The notes beneath the pieces are model-generated. The model had not been told where the DNA came from, searched no databases, and worked only from the letters and a program-made list of their open reading frames with translations. A stretch of 64,000 nt of DNA from Octopus vulgaris (taxonomy: Eukaryota), in the NCBI GenBank assembly GCA_951406725.2, contig OX597814.1, positions 222,022,001-222,086,000 on the forward strand. Reading direction: 5' to 3'. Below, piece after piece: positions 1-13,840 of the stretch. Each line of letters starts with the position of its first letter. Position 1 is the first letter of the stretch. The position numbers and the translations under genes were made by a program.

Positions 1-41
1 ACATTTATATACATACACACACACACTCATACATATATATA

Positions 42-88
42 CAGCAGAACCTCGGTTTATGAACGCTTCTGATCACGAATATATCGTG

Positions 89-122
<34 letters not shown>

Positions 123-170
123 GCACGATTTATTCGCAATCAGAGGTGTTCGAAAATCGAGGTACTACTT
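42..170. mobile_element. Tc1/mariner-superfamily MITE with ~50 bp imperfect TIRs around a (TA)n core
   Basis: cagcagaacctcggtttatgaacgcttctgatcacgaatatatcgtgct is the near reverse complement of agcacgatttattcgcaatcagaggtgttcgaaaatcgaggtactactt; TA on both flanks (40-41, 171-172). Confidence 0.75.
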
Positions 171-321
171 TATGTATAAATATATAATAATCATCATCAT
201 TTTGTATATGCAGATACTTATTCATATACATGTATAAATACGTAAACTCAGAAGTTTATGCATGGATATATATTCATATAAACACGCGCGTATTAATATA
301 GTCACTTATAATTGTGCATGA

Positions 322-373
<52 letters not shown>

Positions 374-377
<4 letters not shown>

Positions 378-604
378 TGTCTGTGTGTGTTTCTGTGTGT
401 CTGTTAGGTTGTACCTTCACCCTGACCACGGCTTTCAACCGATTCTGATAAAACTTCACAGACTGTCTAGGGGACGCAACTCGACCTTTTTAACTAAAAA
501 AAAATTTATCATCATTTTTTTCCCATTTTTTGGCTATAACTCTCTAAAAATGCTTTATAGTTATTTCCCTTACAAACCCGAGCAACGCCGGGCGATACTG
601 CTAG
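374..604 (+). mobile_element. Non-autonomous Helitron, internally deleted copy
   Basis: 3' hairpin cccgagcaacgccggg, then CTAG (601-604) followed by T; body matches the 60886-61192 copy. Confidence 0.75.
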
Positions 605-1246
605 TATATATATATATATATACACGGGGTGGAGCGAATATATCTACTAACTTATTTCTCTTGTTTAAAAAAAGGATATAAAATCTGGACAGGAATAAAA
701 TAACTTTAAATTGAGACTGAATCGGGTGCAGAATCGAAACGGTTGTTGGCGAAAGAACAATGGTAATTTCGATCCTTCAAAGAAACGAAGAAAGTGTTTA
801 TAAATATAGGATAGTCAGTCTCTTATCACTCTTATCACTTCAAAAGCTTAATTTTATTCTTCATTCTGTATTCTGTTTCGCATTTTTTCTCTAATAATCT
901 GACCATCAAGATAGAATTGTAATATATAGTCAAATTAAACCCCTTTTATTCTCTATTCTGTTTCTGTATTTTGTCTGTCACTATATCTGAAAACCCAGTT
1001 TTGGGTCCTCATTCCCCCCCCCCATATATATATATATATATATATGTATATGCATGTATATGTGTGCGTATGTATGTTTGTATGTGTGTATGTATGCATG
1101 TACTGTTATATTGAAGGACTCATCAGAAAAAATACACTGGTTATGGAAATACTTAGAGAATATAGAACTATATTTCTATTAAATTCTAGAAAGATTCACA
1201 AACTGGAGATACAATTAAATATATGTATGTATGTATGTATGTACGC

Positions 1247-1305
<59 letters not shown>

Positions 1306-1770
1306 TGTATGTCTGTGTATGTGTGTGTGTGTAATTCAACACAAATACGCATATATTTCCAAAATTGAATTGATATGCATAAGCATTTTGGAAGATATCA
1401 ATAAATATTGACAGGAATTAATTTATAAAAGAAGCCGATCATACACGAGTTTTACGCTATCCACATTGACTATATACTTTAGCACCCGTTAACAGAAGGG
1501 GGTCTGTTGAAAACGCATTATAAATTTGAAAAAATTAAATTGAAAATTTTAATGGAATACTGGTTTATATCTAATTATAAGAATATGAAATATTTCTGCT
1601 ACACAACAACACACATATACAGGCATTTCTGTATAGATATGTATGAATATATGCATGTATACGTACACACAAACATACACACACATGCACACACACATGT
1701 ATATATATACGTATATACATATATATGTGTGTGTGTGTGTGCGCGTGCGTGTATATATATATATATATGT

Positions 1771-2156
1771 GGATGGAAGTACTCCGTCGGTTACGACGAT
1801 GAGGGTTCCAGTTGATCCGAATCAACGGAACAGCCTGCTCGTGAAATTAACGTGTAAGTGGCTGAGCACTCCACAGACACGTGCACCCTAACGTAATTCT
1901 CGGGGTTATTCAGCGTGACACAGAGAGGGACAAGGCCAGCCCCTTGAAATACAGGTACAACAGAAACAGGAAGTAAGAGTGAGAGAAAGTTGTGGTGAAA
2001 GAGTACAGCAGGGATCACTACCACCCCCTGCCGGAGCCTCGTGGAGCCTTTAGGTGCTTTCGCTCAATAAACACTCACAACGCCCGGTCTGGGAATCGAA
2101 ACCGCGATCCTATGACCGCGAGTCCGTTGCCCTAACCACTGGGCCATTGCGCCTCC
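1771..2156 (-). mobile_element. tRNA-derived SINE, full length
   Basis: Minus-strand head ggaggcgcaatggcccagtggttagg...ggtttcgattccc has pol III A/B boxes; tail shared with 4059-4370. Confidence 0.85.
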
Positions 2157-3149
2157 ATATATATTTACACACATAATTTAATGATAGAAATGAGAGAAAC
2201 GATATTCATGTGATATTCGCTGCATTTGTTGTTTTGGAACATTTTTCTACTCATAGTATATTGATCAGATGTGTAATCCTTAACATCCATTTCCCATCCA
2301 AGGTGTAAAATGCACCTCCTCGGGTTTGTTTAAATATTTCAATCGTAAGATTCTACTGTCATTTCCAAAGGTGAGCTTGACGTAGCCGGGTCAGTTGCTG
2401 CACCATCTTTTGTATAATGATCAAAAGACTTTTTTATACAACTGCTGCCTTTTAACATCTGGTTAAAGCTGGTTGTTTAAATTAGCACGCACTAGATCTG
2501 CATTTCGTCTTATAGAAGCAGACAGTGTGTGATTTCTTTTCTTTCTTGTGCCATGCTTCTCTTTGTGCTCCTTCTGGTTGAGGCCCACTCACTTTTGCCA
2601 AAGTCTGAGATATGCAAACTCCAGTTGCGAGCATTGTGTCCATTGCAGGTAAAATCGGCATATTTCCACTTTTGCACCTCTTATACACATTTTGGAAAAT
2701 CCATTTTTCTCCAACATTTGTTTTATCTTTTTTTTTTTTTTTTCTGGAAGTTTCACTACAAAGTCCATACTAGAGCAGCCCGAGGTGTTTATCTTGGAAA
2801 CATTACTTTTCGTTTATTCACTTTTTTTACTTTTCTTACACTCTTTCTCCCTGATCTTGTTTTTCTCTTTTTCAGCCCTCTCCCCTCTCTGTATGCCTAC
2901 AGTGGTGGAAGAAAGGCGCGTATCATTGGTGTACTCTTGCATATCAGGCTTTTCGGTCATGACTTTCGCTATGATATTTTGAAGGTATACGGACACAGGG
3001 ACATTTTCTTTTCCGTTTCACACTCTCTATCCTTGCAGTTATTTTCCAGTCGCTTCATACCAACATACATACATACATACATACATACATACATACATAC
3101 ATACATACATACATACATACATACATGCATGCATGCATACATACATACA

Positions 3150-3226
<77 letters not shown>

Positions 3227-3461
3227 ATGTGTGTGTGTGTGTGTGTGCGTATATGCGTGTGTTAAATCATCTAAATGACAAAGGGACAATGAACGGCTTT
3301 TTCCCCCTCTATCTCCCTTTCTATTTACTATTTTATATCTAAGTTCTTACGCTAAGTCGTAAATATAGTTTGTTTAATGTACGAATCTGCCTACATTTTA
3401 TGTGTGCATATGAACAGTTATTTATACACTGCTTACTCATGTGCACTTGTTATATATAATC

Positions 3462-3650
3462 GGTTGGGAGGGTGACAACACAGACACAAACACACAAATA
3501 TATATATTAATATATATATATATATATATATTACCGGCTTCTTTCAGTTTCCGTCTACCAAATACACTCACAAGACTAAAGTAGAAGACACTTGCCCAAG
3601 GTACCCCGCAGTGGGATTGAACCCGGAACCACAGAGCAACTCCTGCGCCT
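3462..3650 (-). mobile_element. Partial tRNA-derived SINE (family of 5325-5742)
   Basis: cttctttcagtttccgtctaccaaat...gaagacacttgcccaagg...ctcctgcgcct matches other copies, with deletions. Confidence 0.75.
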
Positions 3651-4058
3651 TATATACATATACATACATACATACATATATATATATATGTATGTAGGCA
3701 TGTATGTACGTATTAATATTTGTTATATTCAGTTCACATTAATCTGATGGGTTACTCTATACTTTGATCAAATTTTGTAGCCACTATCAGCATTGTTGCT
3801 TAAGAATAATGCCAACCCCTATGTGGGTGTGTGTGTGTATGTGTGTGTTCGTGTATGTATTTGTCTGTGTGTGTGTGTGTGCGTGTATGTATTTGTCTGT
3901 GTGTATGTATGTGTGTGCGTATGTTTCTATGCATATGTATGTATCAAAGACAATTTGATTACGAATGAGCTCAATGATTAATTGATATGGATCGATAATT
4001 AATTACTTCACTAGGTTCCCACGCAAACGCTATTTATGGAAAACGCGTTTGGTTTGGC

Positions 4059-4370
4059 TCTCCGTCAGTTACGACGACAGGTGTTCCAGTTGATCCGATC
4101 ATTGGTAAACTGTGCCCGTGAAATTAACGTGCATGTGTCTGTGCCCACCACAGACACATGTACCCCTCATGTAGTTCTCAAAGAGATTCAGACTGAGACT
4201 CCGAATATGACAAGACCGGCCCTTTGCTGTGCAGGTACAACTCAGTTTTGCTAACTGAGTCGATTGGATAAGCTTGAAATAAAGCGTCTCGCTCAAGGTC
4301 ACAACACGCGCTGGGAATCGAACTCACGATCTTACAGTCGTGAACTGAATACTCGTAGCCATTAAACCAC
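4059..4370 (-). mobile_element. Degraded tRNA-derived SINE
   Basis: Tail homologous to 1771-1950; head and central segment resemble 11641-11975. Confidence 0.7.
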
Positions 4371-4516
4371 TTACTGTCTGCAATGTTATTTACTTATTTA
4401 TTGAAGCACTTGTTTCTATTGACAACATTATTTGTCGATATACAGATACAATTAATTGTTCTCTGAAATGAATTCCAAATTGGATTACAACTTTCCTTCT
4501 GTCCTTATATACAAAG

Positions 4517-4613
<97 letters not shown>

Positions 4614-4619
4614 TATGTA

Positions 4620-4795
4620 GTGAGAATTTACAAAAAAAAAGACGAAGACGGGTCTATAAACAAGGTGAATTAGTTTAACGCTAGGCAAGTGCGAAAGTCT
4701 TTTACATTTCGAGCCTACGCTCTTCGACAGAAAGGAACACAGAAATAAACGGGGAGAGGAAATAGATAAGGTTTAGTGGCTAGGGATCTATCATG
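4620..4795 (-). mobile_element. PLE-type terminal fragment with minimal hammerhead-like motif (4699-4734)
   Basis: Minus: cttt-CTGTCGA-agagcgtaggctc-GAAA-tg-TA-aaag; between (TA)n tracts; second copy at 21680-21870. Confidence 0.6.
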
Positions 4796-4799
4796 CCGA

Positions 4800-4852
<53 letters not shown>

Positions 4853-5072
4853 TATGTACTTATCTTTTAAATTTATTTACGGAAAACTTTTTAATATGCA
4901 AATAGAGTTCCTATTGCCTTATGCTGGCTACAGTCTAATGGTGTTGACTAGTGAATCAGTTTTGGGGGTGTTGCATCGACCTGTATGATAAATGTAGGAT
5001 ACTGTAGGATAAATGATAATGTAGGATAAATACAGTAATAATAACAATAATCTTTGAATGGAATTTAATGCG

Positions 5073-5204
5073 TCGCTACGCGCGTTTTCACAAATCACAT
5101 GCCTATTAAGTTCACAATCCGTATTCCTGGGATGAATACAGTGTAGTCCGAAGTAACCGCGGGCATCGGGTTGATCATCTCCATGGATTCATTTCTTCAG
5201 GCGA
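5073..5204 (-). ncRNA. Degenerate type I hammerhead-like motif
   Basis: Minus: tcgc-CTGAAGA...GAAA(a)-cgcgcg-TA-gcga; palindromic stem III; stem II not resolved. Confidence 0.4.
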
Positions 5205-5324
5205 TATAACATTAATGGATGTTTAACTCAGGGTTGTCTATCTCACGCGCATAGCGATTCATTAAGATATTTATATATTCTTTCCAAGGTATTTACACAT
5301 ACATAGGCATATACTAGTTACTCC

Positions 5325-5742
5325 TTACTCTCTTTTACTCTTTTACGTGTTTCAGTCATTTGACTGCGGCCATGCTGGAACACCGCCTTTACTCGAGCAA
5401 ATCGACCCCCGGGACTTATTCTTTTGTAAGCCCAGTACTTATTCTATCGGTCACTTTTGCCGAACCGCTAAGTGACGGGGACGTAAACACACCAGCATCG
5501 GTTGTCAAGCAATGCTAGGGGACAAACACAGACACACAAACATATACACACACATACATACATATATATACATATATACGACATGCTTCTTTCAGTTTCC
5601 GTCTATCAAATCCACTCACAAGGCATTGGTCAGCCCGGGGCTATAGCAGAAGACACTTGCCCAAGATGCCACGCAGTGGGACTGAACCCGGAACCATGTG
5701 GTTGGTTAGCAAGCTACTTACCACTCAGCCACTCCTGCGCCT
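5325..5742 (-). mobile_element. tRNA-derived SINE with internal (TA/TG)n, full length
   Basis: Minus head aggcgcaggagtggctgagtggtaag...gggttcagtccc, tail of aaaagagt-like repeats; near-identical to 53920-54312. Confidence 0.9.
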
Positions 5743-5931
5743 AGTTGCTTAACATTTCTTATATATTACATACATATATAAGAAGTGTGAATCAACTAGC
5801 AGTAAACAGCAAATACTTGTTATTGCCTGTGATTTCAAAATAAAAATAAAAAGAAAAAGAAGGGAAGAAACTAATGACTATCTTCCAGAAGAAACATCAA
5901 TACACCAAGAAAAGATTGAAAAGAAATAGGA

Positions 5932-5979
<48 letters not shown>

Positions 5980-5981
<2 letters not shown>

Positions 5982-6681
5982 TATTGATAATAGCAACAGT
6001 CATAGCACCGTTGGCATTAACAATAGTAATATTAATAATAATATTAGTCGGATTATTAACAGTGGTAGTGTTAGTGGTAATAACGACAGCATTTCTAATA
6101 ACAGTGGTAGTATTGATGATAACAACCCCAGCATTTCTATAGTCAGGGAAATTACCGACGATAGTACAATTAATAGTAATGATAATAATATGAATAGTAT
6201 TATGGTCAATGCTAGCAATAATATTAACACCAATCATAACAATAAAAACTCCGTCTTAGTCTTGGAGGTAAACCCTAACAGATTAAAGTTCTTATCCAGC
6301 AATTCCAAAATTAGAAATTCCATTTACCAGTGCAAAATTTGTTCCGGTACCGATGTCTTCTTCTACATTGGGGCAACTACTTCCAAATTATCCCAGAGGA
6401 TCTCCAATCATTATTCAACTTTCCGAGATAAGAGAAAACAACACAGCACAGGACTAAGTAAAATAGTTTGGCGTCTTAAGGACAGCAATACAACTTTCAA
6501 GCTGGACTGGTCCATATTGTCTGTATCCTTTCCGTTTGATAAGGGCAGAAAATTTTGTGGCATCTGTAATTCCAAACTTTTCGATATATTGTTCGCCAAA
6601 ATCCCTTTAATAAATACAATGGTCGAGAAATCCTATAGATGCATGCACTGGCAAAAACACACCTTTCACTCATATGAATAA
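5980..6681 (+). pseudogene. PLE ORF C-terminus: Asn/Ser-rich linker plus GIY-YIG endonuclease (Naiad/Chlamys-like)
   Basis: SIYQC...FYIGATT...RISNH...STGLSKIVWRLKD...WSIL...CGIC...RCMH; frame is open from 5980, upstream of the tracked Met at 6190. Confidence 0.8.
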
Positions 6682-7235
6682 TGATTAATATAGATAACCT
6701 CCTTGAATTTTAATAATATAGTCCCATTTATATATCACCCCCATAGTCAATTTTTATACTCTTAAAGGACTACTACCCAATCCATTGAGGTATGTTTTAC
6801 CTTTGTCTCTCTAACTCGCCCTCCTCTCTCTCTTTCCCTCTCTCTATCGTAAGCACAATCAAACACACAGACACAAACCTGTCACTTCACCACTGTCTGT
6901 TTTTGGCATCTACCCATCCACACACACAATCACGCACACACATACACACACATAGCCATTAATGCAGTTATATACATACACACACATAGGCACTCATTCA
7001 CAAAATAAAACAACAAAATCACCATTCATATGACCTGCACTCTATCACCTTCCTATACTTAGGTCTCTCTCCTCCAACCTTGTTTGAACCCTTGAACCTT
7101 CTGGAATCTTCTACATTCAACCATTTTTGACGTTACTGCTTATAACGGAATATTTTAAAGAAAAACTCATCATCGCTATGGGCTCCGTGTTGGCAGTCAT
7201 CTAAAAGTTTTTGTGCATCTTGATGCTGACATAGG

Positions 7236-7334
7236 TTCCTTGTTTTTCCTGATGAGAAGGCGGCATAATGCACCCCTTATTCCTTCGAAATTAGGAATAT
7301 GCAGCCTTCGAAACATATGTCGAAAATAAAGGAA
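7236..7334 (+). ncRNA. Type I hammerhead ribozyme, canonical core
   Basis: ttccttgtttttc-CTGATGA-gaaggc...gccttc-GAAA-catatg-TC-gaaaataaaggaa; stems I and II pair, stem III palindromic. Confidence 0.8.
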
Positions 7335-7526
7335 TTTTGTTAATTCGTCGTTCAACTCCATTCTTTCATTTATTTGTATTTAAAAAAAACACACAAATTT
7401 CCACACGATAGCCACGTGATCTCTGCCCTAGGCATGTAGCTTCAACCGTGTTTTTCTGACGTGAAGTTGCTACCCAGGTATCGGTTAACCGAATTATCCA
7501 TAATAAGATAATTCATTCAACTACTC

Positions 7527-7569
<43 letters not shown>

Positions 7570-7571
<2 letters not shown>

Positions 7572-8300
7572 ACTGCTCTATAAGATAGATGATCGAAGCA
7601 ATAAGCTACAGGGAAAAGATTAGATTAAGCAGAAGAGTGAGCTACATGATTAATAACGGTAAGAAAATTCCTAAGGAGAGAATGTGTGAGAGAACAGCAG
7701 CCATGGATATATTACTAGATTTGAGATTAAAAAGCAGCGATCCGGTTATCAGATGGACGTTGAAATTTTGCTGTTAAAAAATAGGAGCAATGTTGCTAAA
7801 AAAAGGGCAGGTTGGGATTAATCAACCTGATTAGTAATAGTTTGTATTTGACAATAATATAAATTCTAATATGTTTATCAGCATTGTACAACATTAGTGT
7901 GAAGTGTGTGGTATAGTACTGCTTGAGTAGATCTGATCTAGAGTTAAATTATGATACCAGCAGTAGAAATTATTTCGTGCAGTATCCGACGGATGCTGCA
8001 CATCAATAAAGCCAAGAGGTCATCGACGAAGGTACACCTGGTTTTCTGGGTCTATAAGTGATGGGAAGTTAGCGGCTGTAATTATGCGTTATTTGTTTTA
8101 TAGTGCTTTGCTTTTTTCAAGAAACTTAACATAGTTGGAATTACATAGTCGTATGTTGTATCGCCAAAGGAAAATATAAACTGAATGATTACTACTAACA
8201 GCCTTTAAACATGAGTCCAGGATCAAGGCAAACCCTATGTTATAATATAGCTATTTAACATTGCTGTGTTAGTTCAGTAAATTAATGATGTTGCTAGCAA
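7570..8300 (-). pseudogene. Possible highly degraded reverse transcriptase remnant (PLE-like)
   Basis: Minus strand gives FVDDLLAL (8030-8007) preceded by FSFGDTTY; frames are broken. Confidence 0.35.
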
Positions 8301-8910
8301 ACGAAATTTATGAAGTAGGTTTATGATGGCTCGTCGTAGCCAATTATTTGAACCAAATAATAATATTGCGAAAGCTTCACCCATTAATTGAGTCAAGTAA
8401 TACTCTTCAGTATGTTCGATTGGTCGTTGTGTATTTGTTTACACACCACACACAAACACACAACACATATATGTATATAATTCTAATCTATATTTATTTA
8501 AACATATACGATTGTGTCTACAATTATCTAAATATTTGTGAGCGATTGCAGGTGATATTATGCAAACGCGTTCCTCGTATGATTATGTGAAATATGAATA
8601 TATACAGTTATATTATATCTAAACTGTTTGCAGTCTTCGTCTTTAAACACCGAGTGTATATAGTCCCATGTGTACGATTGAATTGGATGAAGTCACCTAC
8701 AATGTATATATTTATGTGTATCTGTTTATGCCTGAATAGGTTGCACACTGCTGGCGTGATGCTATTTTCAATATGTGTGTATATATATATATATATGTTT
8801 GTGTGTGTGCGCGCGTAAGCAAAATAAAGACCGTTTAACAAATGAATAGAGTGAATTGGAGTAGATTAAAATTCGCAGCTTTTAAGCAATTTAATGAGTA
8901 ATACGAGAAT

Positions 8911-8945
<35 letters not shown>

Positions 8946-9016
8946 GTAAATGTTATTATTTCTGTTTCTTCTGAATTTCGTTTTCGTCTTATTTTTCATC
9001 GTCTTTTTCTTCTTCT

Positions 9017-9415
<399 letters not shown>

Positions 9416-9605
9416 AATATATGAATAAATAAATCAGTAGTAACAAATAAGAAAAATAAGAATGATGATAATTAAAGAAGATGAAGGAGAAGAAAATGAT
9501 GAAGAAGGCGGAGGATGGGGGGCGAAGGGGAGACGGGAGGAGAAGGAGGAGGAGGAGGCTGAGGAGGAAAAGAAGCGACAAGTTCTGTAAGCAAATAAAT
9601 TAAAT

Positions 9606-9705
9606 NNNNNNNNNNNNNNNNNNNNNNNNNNNNNNNNNNNNNNNNNNNNNNNNNNNNNNNNNNNNNNNNNNNNNNNNNNNNNNNNNNNNNNNNNNNNNNN
9701 NNNNN
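9606..9705. other. Assembly gap (100 N)
   Basis: Run of n. Confidence 1.
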
Positions 9706-10240
9706 ATTAAATTGTGAAGATACAAAAACTACATAAAATGACAACATAAGTTGCAGATAAAAGACACCATTCACCACTTTGAATGCACTGTCAAGTATTC
9801 ATCTGTTAAAACACATTTTCAGATCAATAAAAGAATCAGACTACAGCAGAGAGTAAAGATGCTGGAAGGGTGAGACTGTGATGAAATGTATAGTGTTTTA
9901 CGTAGTTTAGAGAAGAGTGTGAGTAACAAAGATTAACTTCTGAAAAAAGTGATTTTAACTAATTGGAGTTATTCTTTTCATCGACGTATTCATTGAGACG
10001 ACGCATGTAGACAATCAGATATACTATTAAAAAGATGCAAAGCGATATTTCGTGTATATATCTGTATAAACGCTAATGCGAGTTTTATATCTGTAAGAAT
10101 GTATTTATGCATGTGTGCATGCACAAAAGAATGTAGAACAGCTTTACATTCATGCATGTCTGAATAAATACGCAACTTGTAATTCTTTTTAAAAATGCCC
10201 GTTGTGTGTTGTTACTCATACTTCCTCTTCGTGTATAAGG

Positions 10241-10282
<42 letters not shown>

Positions 10283-10288
<6 letters not shown>

Positions 10289-10454
10289 TTAGAGATAAAA
10301 CCACTATTAGGCAAATCAAACAATGAAAAACTTAAGCCAATACATAAAATTAATTAATTTATATTATTTTAAATATATATCAAAATTATTAAAAATTTAA
10401 GAAAAGATAATGAGTAAAACACTACGATCGTTTCGGTTTTATTCCCTAATATTT

Positions 10455-10460
<6 letters not shown>
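10283..10460 (-). mobile_element. PLE-type terminal fragment with the 3' half of a hammerhead
   Basis: Minus: aaaacc-GAAA-cgatcg-TA-gtgtttt; island between two (TA)n tracts; CTGANGA half missing. Confidence 0.45.
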
Positions 10461-10511
<51 letters not shown>

Positions 10512-10514
<3 letters not shown>

Positions 10515-10736
10515 CTTCCGGGCTTTCAAAATGTGACCTCGTGTGTACCGTTGGCGATTTTTTTCCTCTGTCTTCCCTTCTCTGGATCTTTCCTCCTTCT
10601 CCTATGTTTCCGACGAAGAGCTCCGCTCGAAACGTTAAGCGCTCCTTCTTTCCTTCTTTCCTGAGCGTCCAATAATACTATATTTGTTCCACGTCCTCGC
10701 GTTGTTGTGTTTTTTTGTGCTTTCTTGTTTGGATTA

Positions 10737-10740
<4 letters not shown>
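10512..10740 (+). mobile_element. PLE-type terminal fragment with minimal hammerhead-like motif (10606-10640)
   Basis: gttt-CCGACGA-agagctccgctc-GAAA-cg-TT-aagc; (TA)n on both sides; inverse copy at 45098-45292. Confidence 0.7.
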
Positions 10741-10800
<60 letters not shown>

Positions 10801-11593
10801 GAGAGAGAGAGAGGCATAGCTGTGTAGTAAGAAGCTTGCCTCCCTACCACATGGTTGTAAGAGGATTTGGTAGACGGAATCAGAATGAAACCAGTTATAC
10901 GTACATAAGTACAAACGAACAAACATAGGGGCGTGTGAATCCAAGAGAATCACAATGAATAGGAACACTGGTACATCTCCAAACTTTCCAGTTAATTTAA
11001 CAGTTAATTATTCAACATAATCAGTTCGTTAAAATGACCGAAACGTGTTTCTGCTGCATAGATTATATTCATTGGCGTATGTAACCCGCAATACTTTTCT
11101 ATGCATTTTCATTCGGCGTCTTTCAACAAGAGTGGTCCAAAGCGAACTGAATATATTTGTGCGTGGCTTGCTTATTTCTTTATTTTACTATGGTTTAAGA
11201 TACGAAAGGAAAGCGAAAGGGAGATATTGAAACTTGACTTGGCTATAAAATTCACTTTGTATTTGACCTTATGCTAATATTGCTTCGAAGACAAATTATA
11301 CACTATATTAGGTCAAAGTACATCTTAGCTTTATCTTTGTATTAACGGAGATTGATATTTTAAGCTCTTGAAAATATTACCATCAGCTTACATTACGATT
11401 TCTATAAATCATAGCAACACACAATGAACACAGTAACTTCCATATAATCTAAAACTCAATCAACAAGTGCACTTTTGATATGAGTACCTTAAGTGTACAA
11501 GTGGTGTTCAGTATAGTTTTCCCTAGACCTACTTCCGGTTATTGCAAGAAACAGAATTTATACAAGTATAATTATACGTCTCGACATGTCACA

Positions 11594-11640
<47 letters not shown>

Positions 11641-11643
<3 letters not shown>

Positions 11644-11971
11644 ACCCCCTTCGGTCATGAATGACCATGGGATTGCACCTAGGAAGTTACCCTCCTAGAC
11701 ACAAGTCTGGGCAAGGTTGTTTATGGAAGGCCAGCAGTCGCCCATGCATACCAGCCTCCCCCTCCACGCCACCAGTGTTATCCAAGGGAAAGACAAAGGT
11801 CGATACAGCTTGGCACCTGTGACGTCGCAACTCATTTCTACAGCTGAGTGAACTGGAGCAACGTGAAATAAAGTGCCTTACTCGAGAACACAACACGCAG
11901 CCCGGTCCGGGATTCGAGCTCACAACCTCACGATCGTAAGCTCGATGCTCTAACCACTGAGCCATGCGCCT

Positions 11972-11975
<4 letters not shown>
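11641..11975 (-). mobile_element. tRNA-derived SINE, full length
   Basis: Minus head gaaggcgcatggctcagtggttagagc...gagctcgaatccc with A/B boxes, then a CORE-like segment; within (TA)n. Confidence 0.85.
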
Positions 11976-12022
<47 letters not shown>

Positions 12023-13014
12023 GTATATATGTGTGTACGCGTACGCGTGTGTGTGTGCGCGTCCCTGCGTTCGTTTGTGCTTGTGTCTGTTTATATATGT
12101 ATATATGTATGTATAGCACACACAACATTGGTACTCATCTGCATCGAATTTTTTGCATAATTTGAAGGTTCTGAAACTACAGGAAGAACATAAGATATAT
12201 AATATACTAATACTTGCACGTTACCTATTGCCCTAATATAATATCATCTCACCCAATTGCTCTCTTACACACTGTTTCTGCAATGGTTACATATTTTCTA
12301 CATTACAACATAAATACATATAACTTACAACATAGAAACCTATAGTTTAGAACATACGCAACGTCACAAGCTTCATGGGGTTGCTTTCCTTTCTTTTATT
12401 TATTCATTTATTTTTTTAATAGTATTTCTTGCTATTATTTGTAAACTTGGTTTTTGAAACTGGTGAGAGTCTCACCAATTAAATAGTAATACAAATAATC
12501 ATGTAATATCTTTATCAATATCGACCGTTTCATACAGGTAGCTGATACCTGTTTTATAGTAATAAATTAGTTTTCCCACGTAATTTCACTTTATCTGTAG
12601 TACTTTGCTTAAATGAAACTTATGACCTAGAAAGGTATCTCAACTGAGAACCCAAAGAACTGAAATAAAAACCGCAAGATATTATGTCTTACGGTCTAAC
12701 TATTAAACCAAACTGCCACCAGAATATTTTGTTTTATCAAACGCGGAAAGCTTATACAGAGAGCTCACCTCATTGAAAGCATGTTTTACATGCTTTTATA
12801 TTGGCTTAAAATTTTGGCACGAATGTATATGCATATCTTTACGTATATATAAATGTATCTAATTGCGTGTGTGTTTCTGAAATGGTTGACAGAAGAATAT
12901 AAACAACGTATAGAATAGAACACAACTCAACTAGAATATTTACATTAGGTGTACGGCATTTATATGTTCTCGTACAAATGCTCTCCATGTGACTTGGTAC
13001 GCCAAACCAATCGC

Positions 13015-13610
13015 AAATGTTGACTAATTGAACTATCTAGGCTCGAAAATAAGAATGGACAGAGACTGCATTCATGAAATAAATACAACTGTCAGTAAAG
13101 CCAACCAATTATTTGGTATGTTAAACTCAATATGAAAATCATCAATACTCAGTAAGGGCACCAAAATACGATTTTACAAAAACAACATACTTAGCATCCG
13201 CCTCTATGTATCTGCATGTTGGAAAACAGCCAAAAGAATCGAAAGGAAATTGGAGATATTTCAAAATATATGTTTACGAAAAATTTCGGAACTGGCCAAA
13301 TATGTTCTCGACTAGCCAACTAAACACCAAGGCTAACGTGAAACCAATAAGAGAAACTATTGAAGCAAGGAGATGGAAATGGCTGGGTCGAGTTTATCGC
13401 TATAAACCGAACTCAATTGTCAGGATGGCTTTGCAATGGCTTCCAGAAGGTTAAAGAAGTGGCTGATCAAAGGAAACGTGATGGAGAGCGATAAGAAAAG
13501 ATCTTAAAAGCAAGGGGTTAACATTGAAACAAGGACGATTGTTTCAATGATTTGATGTCGCCTCAAGTGCCACACTGCACAATGTGGACCGAGTGAAATG
13601 AATGAATGAA
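13015..13610 (+). mobile_element. Degraded RTE-clade LINE 3' fragment
   Basis: YLGS...WPN...RRWKWLGRV...IVRMALQWLPEG, with stops and frameshifts; ends in (GAAT)n. Confidence 0.8.
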
Positions 13611-13794
13611 TATATATACGTAAATATATATATATATATATATATGTAAGTATATATATATATGTATATTTATATATATGTATATATACATGTATGTATA
13701 TATGTATATATATGTATATATATGAATATATATGTATGTATATATGTATGTATATATATATATATGTATATATATTTGTGTGTATCTGTTTGTG

Positions 13795-13840
<46 letters not shown>

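Larger units (their letters stand above)
5980..7530 (+). mobile_element. 5'-truncated Penelope-like element (endonuclease, pyrimidine-rich 3' region, hammerhead-bearing terminal repeat)
   Basis: GIY-YIG ORF, then a hammerhead at 7236-7334; 7195-7530 matches 54998-55470; (TA)n on both sides. Confidence 0.85.

Noticed and set aside
1105-1135. Minus-strand CTGATGAGTCC resembling a hammerhead 5' half
   Set aside because: No GAAA or stem III partner before the microsatellite
2060-2156. tRNA-like sequences here and at 11900-11975 and 44214-44280
   Set aside because: They continue into repeated SINE bodies, so they are SINE heads rather than tRNA genes
2290-3055. Protein-like minus-strand stretches (e.g. 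GYVKLTFGNDSRILRLKYLNK); possible LINE ORF1 remnant
   Set aside because: Multiple stops and frameshifts, and no diagnostic motif I can name
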